Shown here: positions 8,489-16,961 of the stretch, piece by piece
Position numbering within the stretch: position 1 is the first letter of the stretch
Layout of the letters: every line of letters starts with the position of its first letter
Made by a program: the position numbers and the translations under genes
DNA from: Acidobacteriota bacterium
GTDB lineage: Bacteria > Acidobacteriota > Vicinamibacteria > Vicinamibacterales > 2-12-FULL-66-21
Direction of reading: 5' to 3'
NCBI GenBank assembly: GCA_031393955.1
Contig: JANMWI010000015.1
Coordinates: 7,320 to 71,319 of the forward strand
Length of the DNA: 64,000 nucleotides
Notes under the pieces: model-generated
Told to the model about the DNA's origin: nothing
The model's database searches: none
The model's input: the letters and a program-made list of their open reading frames with translations, nothing else

Positions 8489-9462
8489 AGCCGCGCGACT
8501 TCGTGCCCCGGCGGCTGCTGCAGAACGGCCACGCGATGACGGTGTACAGCTGGGCGCGGCGGCGGAGCTTCCCGCGCCTGCCGGCGCCTGAGCGGCGCCT
8601 GTTCACGGTCGCGCCGGATACCCGCGTCCTGGCCCACTGCTACTGGCAGGCCAATCGTGCCGGGCAGCCCGCGATCGTCGTCCTGCACGGGCTGGAGGGT
8701 TCGAGCGAGGCGCACTACATGCGCGGCATCGCCGACAAGGCGTGGCGCGCCGGCTTCAGCGTCATCCTCCTCAACCAGCGCAACTGCGGCGGCACCGAGG
8801 CCTTCTCGCCCGGCCTCTACCATTCGGGACTGACCGAGGACGTCGACTGCGTGCTCCGCGAAATGATCGACACCGACGGGCTGAGCCGCGTTGCCGTCGT
8901 CGGCTACTCGCTCGGCGGCAACCTCGCGCTCAAACTCGCCGGCGACTACGGCGGCGATCGCCCGGCGGCGCTCTGCGCGGTCTGCGCGGTCTCGCCGATC
9001 CTCGAGGTGTCGGCGTGCGTCCACGCCCTCGAGCGGCCGGCCAATTTCGCGTATCAGTGGAACTTCGTCCGCGGCCTCCGCGCCCGGATGCGGCGCAAGG
9101 CGGTCCACCATCCCGGGGCGTTCCCTGTCGAGCAGCTGCCGACGGTCCGGACGGTACGCCGCTTCGACGACGTCTTTACGGCGCCGCACTTCGGATTTGC
9201 CGGCGCGGAGGATTACTACCACCGGGTGAGCGCGATGCGTGTCATCGACCGTATCACCGTGCCCACTCTGGTACTCGCCGCGGCGGACGACCCGTTCGTG
9301 CCGGCGGCGCTGTTCGACCACCCGGCGCTGCGCGGCAACCCGGCGATCACGACCGTCGTCACCCGCCACGGCGGACACTGCGGCTTCGTCGGCGACGCCG
9401 GCGAAGACGACGGCTACTGGGCCGAGTCGTCGGTGGTCGCATTCGCCCGCGACCACGTGTAG
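8485..9462 (+). CDS. Alpha/beta hydrolase, YheT-like
   Basis: Has the HGLEGSSEAHY motif, the nucleophile elbow GYSLGGN and a C-terminal HGGHCGF. The start overlaps the upstream stop (ATGA at 8485-8488). Confidence 0.8.
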   Translation: MKPRDFVPRRLLQNGHAMTVYSWARRRSFPRLPAPERRLFTVAPDTRVLAHCYWQANRAGQPAIVVLHGLEGSSEAHYMRGIADKAWRAGFSVILLNQRNCGGTEAFSPGLYHSGLTEDVDCVLREMIDTDGLSRVAVVGYSLGGNLALKLAGDYGGDRPAALCAVCAVSPILEVSACVHALERPANFAYQWNFVRGLRARMRRKAVHHPGAFPVEQLPTVRTVRRFDDVFTAPHFGFAGAEDYYHRVSAMRVIDRITVPTLVLAAADDPFVPAALFDHPALRGNPAITTVVTRHGGHCGFVGDAGEDDGYWAESSVVAFARDHV

Positions 9463-10178
9463 GGATCGCCGCCGAGCGCCTGCAGGAACTCGCGCGCGAA
9501 CGCCGGCCCCTTCCCCTCCTCCTCGTGCTTGAAATACACGAACACGTCGCGGAGCCCCGGCAGCCCGGCCGCGGTCGCCGCCCAGCGCGCCAGGTCGGCC
9601 GGCTGATAGCCCTCGTCGCGGAGCCGGAAATAGCCGTAATCGGCGGTCACCTCGACCGGGGTCGCCAGCTTCTCGCTGTCGGCGATGCACAGCGCGACGT
9701 TGCGGGCGCGCAGCACGTCGTAAATTTCCGCGTCGAACCACGACGGATGACGAAATTCGACGGCCGCGCGGGCGGCGGGCGGCAGCCGTTCGGTGAAGGC
9801 GCGCAGCACCGCGGCGTCCTTCTTGAACGCCGGCGGCAGCTGGAAGAGCAAGGTGCCGAGCTTGGGACCAAGCGTCGCGGCGGTGCGGCAGAAGGCGTCG
9901 AGCAGATCCTCGCAGCGCTGCAGCCTGGCATCGTGGGTGATGCGCCGCGGCGCCTTGAGCGTGAACCGGAATCCGTCCGGCGTGCCGGCGGCCCAGCCCT
10001 CGAGCAGGCGCTCGGTCGGCATGCGATAGAAGGTGTAGTTGATCTCGACGGTCGAGAACCGCGCCGAGTAATACGCGAGCATTTTGGCGGTGGCGAGCTT
10101 CTCGGGATAGAAGGTGCCGCGCCACTCGGGGTAGTTGTAGCCCGACGTACCGACATGAATCGAGGACGGGTCCTGCAC
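9414..10178 (-). CDS. DUF72 family protein
   Basis: HVGTSGYNYPEWRGTFYPEK and FEINYTFYRMP-type blocks are DUF72 hallmarks. A GTG start at 10178 is preceded by AGAGGAGAG. The longer track ORF reaching 10373 has no support upstream of this point. Confidence 0.75.
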   Translation of the reverse strand: MQDPSSIHVGTSGYNYPEWRGTFYPEKLATAKMLAYYSARFSTVEINYTFYRMPTERLLEGWAAGTPDGFRFTLKAPRRITHDARLQRCEDLLDAFCRTAATLGPKLGTLLFQLPPAFKKDAAVLRAFTERLPPAARAAVEFRHPSWFDAEIYDVLRARNVALCIADSEKLATPVEVTADYGYFRLRDEGYQPADLARWAATAAGLPGLRDVFVYFKHEEEGKGPAFAREFLQALGGDPYTWSRANATTDDSAQ

Positions 10179-10395
10179 GAGCGCCAGTCTACTCTCCTCT
10201 CCAACGCAACATAAGTCGACCTCCCTTCGACGGCATTCCGTCAAGGACGGTGGCTCATGTTCGCGAAGCTGTTCGTGAAGACATCCGCCCTCGTGTTCCA
10301 CAGGATCGCGCCCTACGCTCGGGGTGATTCGTGACAGTGATGGCGTCCGAGTTGTGGTTGGTCGTGACCACACGCCGATACAACGAGCACTGTCG

Positions 10396-12480
10396 TTAGG
10401 CGTCGCCGTCGCGCACAGGACGCGTGATGGTCGCGATCGCTTTCACGAGATCGACTGGGTCAACGGGCTTCTGGACATGCGCCTGGAATCCTGACGCGAT
10501 GCTGCGCGCGCGGTCTTCCGCTCGCGCAAAGCCCGTCAGCGCGACCGCGGGCAGAAAGCCTCCGTTTGCGGCTTCATCCTGGCGAATCTGTCGGATCAGC
10601 GAGAATCCATCCTCATCAGAGAGGTCGATATCGCTCACCAATACGTCCGGTCTCTCCCCTTCGAGCAGCTTCAGCGCTTCTCGGACCGAACCCACGGCTT
10701 TGACGCTGGCGCCCGCCTGCGTCAGCACCAGTGACGTCAGGGTACGCCCATCAGCGTCGTCATCGACGACCAGGATGCGCAAGGTATCGAGCCGCGCTAA
10801 GCGTGGCATGGGGGAGGTCGTCGAAGCCGCGAACCAGCGCTCGGCAAACACCGCCGCTCGACCGGCGTGAGCCTCGCCGGCCGAAATCGGCAGACGGACG
10901 GTGAACGTCGCGCCATGTCCCAGACCTGGACTCGCCGCGTGCACGGTGCCCCCGTGCAGCTCGACGAGTTCCCGAACGATGGCCAGCCCGAGGCCGAGGC
11001 CGCTGTGACGTCGCGTCGTCGTGCCATCGGCTTGGCGGAAGCGCTCGAACACGTGTGGCAGAAAGTCCGCACTGAGGCCTTGGCCCGTATCGACGACGCT
11101 AATCTCCATGTGGTCGTTCGAGGGTGCGATGAAGACCTCGACGCGTCCACCGTCAGCCGTGAACTTGATCGCATTCGCGAGCAGATTCCAGATCACTTGC
11201 TGGAGTCGACCGGCGTCTCCGCTGACGATTGCGATGGCCGACGGATCGGATGCGAACTCAAGGTGGACGTTCTTGGCCACCGCCAACGGCCGTACGACAT
11301 CCAATGCTGCCTGCGTCACCGCGACAAGATCGACGGGCTGCGGCGTGAACTGAAGGGTGCCCGCAACGATTCGGCTCACATCCAACAGATCGTCAATGAT
11401 ATGCGCCAGAGCTAGGGCATTGCGGTCGATGATCGCGAGGGCGTTACTCGCGCGGTCGGGCGGCAACTGCTTCGATCCCAGCATGCGTGCCCATCCCATG
11501 ATGGCATTCAAGGGCGTCCGGAGTTCGTGCGAAACCGTGGCGAGAAAATCATCCTTGAGATGGTTGGCTTGCTCGGCACCCTCGGCCATCATGTGAGCGC
11601 GAACCGTACCGACGACCAAGTGCTCGTTGGCTTCGCGCACCCGGTCGGCCAGTCCGGCGCGGGCTGTTTCGGCTTGCTTGCGCTCGGTGACATCCCGAGC
11701 GATTTCCGACGCACCAATAACCTGGCCGTTATTGCTGCGGATCGGAGACACCGTCACAGACGCGTCGAACAGCGTGCCATCGTTGCGGCGCCGGACCGTC
11801 TCATAATGGTTGACGGCCGCCGCTCGGCGGACGTGTTCGAGCATGTCGGCTTCCTCGTCGAATCGCTCCAGCGGCATGAGAAGGGTCGCGCGCTGACCAA
11901 TTGCTTCCTGGGCGGTATAGCCAAAGAGCCGTTCTGCGCCGGCGTTCCAGCTGGTGATGACACCGTTGAGGTCTTTGCTGGCGATGGCGTCGTCCGAGGA
12001 GTCGACGATGGCAGCCAGTCTGTTGCGTGTCTCCTCGGCCTGCTTGCGCTCGGTGATGTCGACAAAGCAATTGATGGCTCCCGTGACTTCTCCGCCTTGG
12101 TTCTTCAGCGGACGGATATTCACGACGACAGTGAGCCGAGAGCCGTCGGGCCGCTCAATGAGCACTTCCGCGTCACGCGCCTCCGATATTGTGCCGCTCA
12201 ACACGTCGGCCATGGGGGATTGATCGTGCGGCATGAACGTGCCGTCCGGACGGAACAACTTGAACGAGCCCCAAAACCGCTCGTCGGTATCTCCGGGCGC
12301 TGGCTCACGGCCCCACAGTTCGGCGCCGCGACGGTTGAATGCCTCAATCACACCCGAGGTCGTACAGGAATAGACGGCCACGGGACTCAAGTCGAACAAG
12401 GTGCGATACCGTTCTTCGCTCGCGCGCAATTCTGCGTTGAGCGCTTCCATCGCTTGGCGGGCCTGAACCGCATCCTCCAT
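10396..12480 (-). CDS. Hybrid sensor histidine kinase (coiled coil, PAS domains, HisKA, HATPase_c, C-terminal receiver)
   Basis: H-box FLATVSHELRTPLNAI and G-boxes VDTGQGL / GLGLGLAIV are present. The receiver reads ILVVDDDADGR...DVLVSDIDLSDEDG...KP. PAS-like blocks are RYRTLFDLSPVAVY and LAAIVDSSDDAIASKDLNGVITSWN. Confidence 0.9.
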   Translation of the reverse strand: MEDAVQARQAMEALNAELRASEERYRTLFDLSPVAVYSCTTSGVIEAFNRRGAELWGREPAPGDTDERFWGSFKLFRPDGTFMPHDQSPMADVLSGTISEARDAEVLIERPDGSRLTVVVNIRPLKNQGGEVTGAINCFVDITERKQAEETRNRLAAIVDSSDDAIASKDLNGVITSWNAGAERLFGYTAQEAIGQRATLLMPLERFDEEADMLEHVRRAAAVNHYETVRRRNDGTLFDASVTVSPIRSNNGQVIGASEIARDVTERKQAETARAGLADRVREANEHLVVGTVRAHMMAEGAEQANHLKDDFLATVSHELRTPLNAIMGWARMLGSKQLPPDRASNALAIIDRNALALAHIIDDLLDVSRIVAGTLQFTPQPVDLVAVTQAALDVVRPLAVAKNVHLEFASDPSAIAIVSGDAGRLQQVIWNLLANAIKFTADGGRVEVFIAPSNDHMEISVVDTGQGLSADFLPHVFERFRQADGTTTRRHSGLGLGLAIVRELVELHGGTVHAASPGLGHGATFTVRLPISAGEAHAGRAAVFAERWFAASTTSPMPRLARLDTLRILVVDDDADGRTLTSLVLTQAGASVKAVGSVREALKLLEGERPDVLVSDIDLSDEDGFSLIRQIRQDEAANGGFLPAVALTGFARAEDRARSIASGFQAHVQKPVDPVDLVKAIATITRPVRDGDA

Positions 12481-12511
12481 TACGTTGAGGGCACGCGGCC
12501 GGAAGCCCGAA

Positions 12512-12532
12512 CCTCGACGCCGACAGTCGAGG
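12512..12532 (-). other. Intercistronic stem-loop between the kaiC-like gene and the kinase gene
   Basis: CCTCGAC (12512-12518) and GTCGAGG (12526-12532) form a perfect 7-bp stem around a 7-nt loop. There is no clear U-tract. Confidence 0.3.
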
Positions 12533-12613
12533 CCTCATCCTTGGTCGATTTCATTCACTCATCCAGCCCAGATTCGAGTGGAGGGGTTGCCGGTATGTTC
12601 GCGTCAGTGATCC

Positions 12614-14158
12614 TCACCGCCGGGTCGGGAGTGACGCGCGCGGGCGGCGCGGCTTCTGGTCAGCTTTCTTTGAAGGAGCGCGGGGGATCAACTCTGGGCT
12701 GCCGGTCAGCAAGCCCTCGTAACTGCCGAGCGTCTCGCCCATCGCGATCCCCTCCTCTGTGATCTCAAACGCCCGCAGATCCTTGCTGTGCGCGCTCCCA
12801 CGGACTTTGACAACGGCCATGATGCGTTGCAGTTGACCCTTGAACGCGATATACCGCTGCATGATGATCGCGTCGGTGAGAAATGCCGTGCCGTGCGGGC
12901 TGAAGCGCAGATCCGTGTAGCTGTCCTCCACCTCCGCCGTCATCATCATCGTGATACCCATCCCGGTAAGCACGGTGACCATGCGATAGAGCGACTCTCG
13001 AAAGTCCTCGCGAAATGTCGGTGCCAATGCCAGTTCGAACCCCGAGAGCGAATCGATCACGACCCGCCGCGCTTTGAGACGGTGAATGGCCTCAATAATT
13101 TCATAGAGCATTTCGTCGATCGAGAGATCCAGCGGGCGCGACTGGATGATCCCCACCTTGCCTTCGCGGACGAGTCGATCGAATCGGCGCCCGCTCGGGC
13201 CCTGCGAGTACTCGTTGGGGCGCTTCTCGAACACCGCGATGATGCCCGGCTGGTCATGACGCGCGCCTTCGCTGATGAACTCGCTGGCGAGGACACTCTT
13301 ACCGGAGCCCGACGGCCCGGCGACCAACACCGAGCAGCCCGCCGGAACGCCTCCGCCGAGCATCTCGTCCAACCCCTTGACGCCGATCGAGAACCGTTCC
13401 CGAGGCGTACCCTTCGCGCCTGTCCCTACCGGCCTCGACTTCTCCTCTGGCCCGACGATGACTCGGGGGAACACCTGCACACCGTCGCCAGTGATCCGAA
13501 AGGTATGCAGCCCAGGAATGGGCGCCTGTCCACGCATCTTCATGACCTGCATCTTGCGAACCATCGAATTCCGATCGAGGCTTTGGACAAGCCACAAGAG
13601 GCCGTCCGCGACGGTGAAGACCGGATTACTTTCAGGCTCGCCCGGTTGGTACTCGCCGACGAGAAACGTCGTCGCTTCCCAGCTGGTGAGCCGGACCGCC
13701 AGTTGCTGCACAAAGTGCTGCAAGTCGAGGTCGCCGTTCTCGGCGCGCTCGGCAGCCCGGGCCACCGTTCGAAAGGAATCGACAATCACCACGCTGGGAT
13801 TCGTCGCTTCCACTTCCCGAACGATGCGCTCCAGGAGCTTCTCCAACGTGCCGTTGACCACGTCCTGACTCAGATTGACGTAGCGGACCGACTGATTCAG
13901 CCGCGCCACATCGAAGAACGAGAACTGCTGCTGATAGCGCAGCATCTTGAGGGGCGGTTCGCCGACGACGGTGAAGTAGAGCGCGGGGCGGTCGGGACCG
14001 GCGAGGGCGAACATAATCTGCTGCGCGAGGGTCGTCTTCCCAGCGCCGGGGGCTCCGGCTATGAGATTGAAAGAGAACTCCGGCAGGCCGCCACCCAGGA
14101 TCTGGTCGAGTCCCGGAACGCCGGTGGGAAGTTGGCGAATCGCCACCCGGTCCGTCAT
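12614..14158 (-). CDS. KaiC-like double-domain RecA-superfamily ATPase
   Basis: Two tandem KaiC/RecA-like halves are present, with Walker A GAPGAGKT and GPSGSGKS. The N-terminal LPTGVPGLDQILGGGLP and second GVKGLDEMLGGGVP fit the family. At 514 aa it is close to canonical KaiC length. Confidence 0.85.
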   Translation of the reverse strand: MTDRVAIRQLPTGVPGLDQILGGGLPEFSFNLIAGAPGAGKTTLAQQIMFALAGPDRPALYFTVVGEPPLKMLRYQQQFSFFDVARLNQSVRYVNLSQDVVNGTLEKLLERIVREVEATNPSVVIVDSFRTVARAAERAENGDLDLQHFVQQLAVRLTSWEATTFLVGEYQPGEPESNPVFTVADGLLWLVQSLDRNSMVRKMQVMKMRGQAPIPGLHTFRITGDGVQVFPRVIVGPEEKSRPVGTGAKGTPRERFSIGVKGLDEMLGGGVPAGCSVLVAGPSGSGKSVLASEFISEGARHDQPGIIAVFEKRPNEYSQGPSGRRFDRLVREGKVGIIQSRPLDLSIDEMLYEIIEAIHRLKARRVVIDSLSGFELALAPTFREDFRESLYRMVTVLTGMGITMMMTAEVEDSYTDLRFSPHGTAFLTDAIIMQRYIAFKGQLQRIMAVVKVRGSAHSKDLRAFEITEEGIAMGETLGSYEGLLTGSPELIPRAPSKKADQKPRRPRASLPTRR

Positions 14159-14161
14159 GCC

Positions 14162-14596
14162 TTATCGCTCCTCAATGCTGGCGTTGGAAAAGGCATCGGG
14201 CCACGCCTCTCTCAATAGATGCACGGTTAACGGTTCCCCGATGAAGGTGACCAGCAACCCGGTGAGTGTGGCGAGGACGGCTCCGGCGGCCTCCGTCGCG
14301 ACGGCGGAATCTTGTCGCTCCAGACAGAACACGATCTGCTCAAATGGGCCGTTCCATTCCTCCGGCTCGCGCGTCTGGACCAGCCAGGGATATTGCCGTT
14401 GCGCCAGATACAACGTGCGGCCCGTCAACGCATTGACGCCAACGTCGCCGATCAGGGGGGCCGACACCCGAGAGAGATCCTCGTAGGCGCGTTGCGCCGC
14501 CGCGGCGAGAGCCCCCGCACCCGCCGTCGACCCCTTGCGCTCCGCGAGCGCTCTCAGCGCCAGCTGCCGCAGCGCCGCGTTTCCAAGGGCCGTCAT
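14162..14596 (-). CDS. Hypothetical protein (144 aa from the ATG at 14596, or 156 aa from the GTG at 14632), predicted all-helical, no recognised domain
   Basis: The ORF ends 3 nt upstream of the kaiC-like start, which implies co-transcription. No RBS was seen for either start candidate. Confidence 0.5.
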   Translation of the reverse strand: MTALGNAALRQLALRALAERKGSTAGAGALAAAAQRAYEDLSRVSAPLIGDVGVNALTGRTLYLAQRQYPWLVQTREPEEWNGPFEQIVFCLERQDSAVATEAAGAVLATLTGLLVTFIGEPLTVHLLREAWPDAFSNASIEER

Positions 14597-14852
14597 GCCG
14601 CTGCCAGACCGCACGCGGGGATGAACAGACACTTATCGAGCATGTGTTGGATTTGCAGCGAATCGTCAGAAAACGGCAACGGAAGGTGCCGGCGGCAATC
14701 CACGCAACTACTATGCTCTAAACTGACCAGCTTTGCGAGCGTGACTACTGGACCGCGCGCGCGTGTGCTTTTCTCTCTTATCAGCCGAGCGCCGCTCGAC
14801 CAAAGACGATCGACCGACACACCAACCGCTGCGCTCGCGTTGGCCTGTCTCC

Positions 14853-15623
14853 TTAATCGTGCAAGACGACCGAGAGTAGTGATTTCTTCACCTTGAGCCC
14901 ATCCGTGTAGTCGATGAAGCCCAGGCGCTGAAATTTCTTCATAAAAAAATTCACGCGCGATCGTGTCGTGCCGATCATTGTCGCCAATGCCTCCTGCGAG
15001 ATCGTCGGGATAGGCATGGCCGGTGTGTCGTGCTGGTCGCCGTACCGCGCGAGCAGCAACAGCTTTCGCGCCAGTCGTTTCTCGCTGGTGCTGAAGAACT
15101 GGTCGACGAGGTCTCCCTCGATCCGGATGTTGCGCACCAGCAGGCGAGCGATGAACCAATCAGACAGCGCGTGCTCATGGTGCAGGAGGCGCGCCATCTC
15201 GTTCTGGTCCACGACGAGGATGGTGCTGCGAGTGATTGCGGTCGCGCTCCCCATCCGGACGGGTTGACCCGCCAAGCCTCCTTCGCCAAAGAAGTCACCG
15301 ACACCGAGGACCGCCACAATCACCTCTCGCCCCGTCTTCGAGACCGTCGAGACCTTCACGCGACCTTTTTGGATGTACAGAAAGCTCTCACAGGGATCGC
15401 CTTGGGTGAAGATGGCATCGCCGCGCTGATATTCCACGATCGTTTTCGCAACGCCCGCGGAGTTGAGAAACGCCTGAACATTGAACGTCACATCCCGCTT
15501 CGATTCGATGGCCGGCCCCTGTGGCAAAGCTGGCGGGACCGATGGCCGCGGCGCCCCTCTTGATGCCCCTCGGGCTCGGGCGACGACACGAACGCGGGCG
15601 GGCACACTGCGAGAGACTGCCAC
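14853..15623 (-). CDS. Crp/Fnr family transcriptional regulator (cNMP-binding domain plus C-terminal HTH)
   Basis: The cNMP-like beta-roll reads GDAIFTQGDPCESFLYIQKGRVKV...GDFFGEGGL. The HTH reads ISQEALATMIGTTRSRVNFFMKKF. The start is uncertain: GTG at 15623 gives an Arg-rich extension of about 44 aa, and GTG at 15491 is an alternative. Confidence 0.8.
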   Translation of the reverse strand: MAVSRSVPARVRVVARARGASRGAPRPSVPPALPQGPAIESKRDVTFNVQAFLNSAGVAKTIVEYQRGDAIFTQGDPCESFLYIQKGRVKVSTVSKTGREVIVAVLGVGDFFGEGGLAGQPVRMGSATAITRSTILVVDQNEMARLLHHEHALSDWFIARLLVRNIRIEGDLVDQFFSTSEKRLARKLLLLARYGDQHDTPAMPIPTISQEALATMIGTTRSRVNFFMKKFQRLGFIDYTDGLKVKKSLLSVVLHD

Positions 15624-16146
15624 CGTTTGATCATATGCCTGTGAACGCCAATAGTGTGCACAATTGAACAGCCGCCGGTCCTCCGACTCTCGCTGGGATC
15701 GTGGTGACCGCGGCCTGTGACCTGCACGCGATGAAGATTCACACTAATGCCGTCCGTGCGTTCATCCGCCACGCGGAGCGCCGCGATGGTGCGCCGCTGG
15801 ACTCGCCGACACGCTGCATGGTCCAGAGATCTATCGCGACCACAACCTGCCAATCGGTCCCTCCTGGGAGGCCGTGGGCCGGCTCGCCGCTGACCTTCAA
15901 GCGTCTGCGTCACATAACTACGGCCGCAACATAACCGTATGATCCGTGGACCGGATTCGAATCCGCGGATGTCGTGGCTCGCGAGTACTCGCAGACTGTC
16001 ACGGTCTGAGAACCGGCCCAACGTGCGTCAACGGACAGACCTTCCAAGCGCGGATGACACGGATTCGACGGATCCGCACAGAGGAATCGGGCGAGACACG
16101 CGAGCTGGCCGCCGCCGGGCGGACAGGACCCGGAGGGCCTGAGGCA

Positions 16147-16923
16147 TCAGCGGCCGGGCGAGCGATCTGATGCGGCGCGCACCGCCACTTCGTAGGCGCC
16201 GGCCTCGGCCGGCGCATCGGCCGCGGTGACATCGGACAGCAGGATCTCGTATGCCCCCGGTGCGAGAACGTCGCCGGCCATGCGCGCGGTCACGGCCGCC
16301 CGGCCGTCGACGGCGGTGGCGCGCAGGTCGCCGCGCGACCAGCGCACCTCACCGCCCGACCAGCTCCGCAGCGTCACCAGGTAGCGCTTGGACGGGTCCG
16401 GCCGCCTGCCGGCGAGCATCAGGCGCAGCTGGACGGTCTGGGTCGGGGGCGGGGCGCCGACCGTCGGCTCGGGCGGCGTCGGCTGCCGGCGGGTGACTGG
16501 CGACAGTGTCAGCGTCGGCTCCGCAACCGGCGCGGCGCCGCCCTGCTGCCGCGCGGCTTCGAGGGCGAATGACTCCCGCGCCGACTGCTCCTGCGCGAGC
16601 CGCAGTTCGAGGCGCTCGCGCGCAACCCGCGCATCGAGGCTGTCGCGGCGCAGCGCGGCGAGGGCGGCGTGCGCCCGCCGGAGCCCAACGGCTTCACCGG
16701 CGGCCACCGCCATGAGGAGCACTCCGAGCAGCACGAACAGCCACTGCAGGATCGGACGGTCGAAGCCTTGCACCGGTTTCACGCGCCTGAGCTTATACCG
16801 GCTCGCATATCTGCTCGAAGCCGGCCGATCCCAACCTGTCGGACCGGCCGTTCCAGCCCGGCGGAACGATCGAGCCGGAGAACCTGCAGAGCTGGCGCGG
16901 CTCATCTGGTCTCTCTGTTGCAT
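16147..16923 (-). CDS. Hypothetical single-pass membrane protein with coiled-coil and Pro-rich linker
   Basis: A TM helix (ILQWLFVLLGVLLMAVAAG) is followed by a coiled-coil stretch (ALRRDSLDARVARERLELRLAQEQ) and a beta-rich C-terminal domain. The start is uncertain (ATG at 16923 or 16905, GTG at 16782). Confidence 0.5.
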   Translation of the reverse strand: MQQRDQMSRASSAGSPARSFRRAGTAGPTGWDRPASSRYASRYKLRRVKPVQGFDRPILQWLFVLLGVLLMAVAAGEAVGLRRAHAALAALRRDSLDARVARERLELRLAQEQSARESFALEAARQQGGAAPVAEPTLTLSPVTRRQPTPPEPTVGAPPPTQTVQLRLMLAGRRPDPSKRYLVTLRSWSGGEVRWSRGDLRATAVDGRAAVTARMAGDVLAPGAYEILLSDVTAADAPAEAGAYEVAVRAASDRSPGR

Positions 16924-16961
16924 AGCTTCCGTCAGTGAAATCAGTTTCGAGGAGGACAGGA

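Noticed and set aside
10257-10334. A 25-aa ORF (MFAKLFVKTSALVFHRIAPYARGDS) with an AAGGA upstream, in the left border gap of the lower-GC cassette.
   Set aside because: It is too short and featureless to support from sequence alone. It would need conservation or ribosome-profiling evidence.
14853-15623. A Crp/FNR-type binding site (TGTGA-N6-TCACA or TTGAT-N4-ATCAA) in the gaps at 14633-14852 and 15624-15700.
   Set aside because: Only partial half-sites were seen (for example TGTGAA and GTGTGCACA). No dyad has the correct spacing.
15940-15990. A possible tRNA or tmRNA gene, suggested by GGATTCGAATCC (T-arm-like).
   Set aside because: The stem is only 4 bp around a 6-nt loop. No complementary acceptor-stem sequence (cgacatc) lies upstream, and no D-arm or anticodon arm is detectable on either strand. 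I kept it only as a palindrome or possible relic in the findings.
10331-15999. A shared 9-mer CGTGACAGT in inverted orientation at both borders of the lower-GC cassette (10330-10338 and 15996-16004), considered as terminal inverted repeats or att sites.
   Set aside because: A single 9-nt match between gaps of about 200 and 500 nt is expected by chance. There is no longer flanking identity and no recombinase gene.
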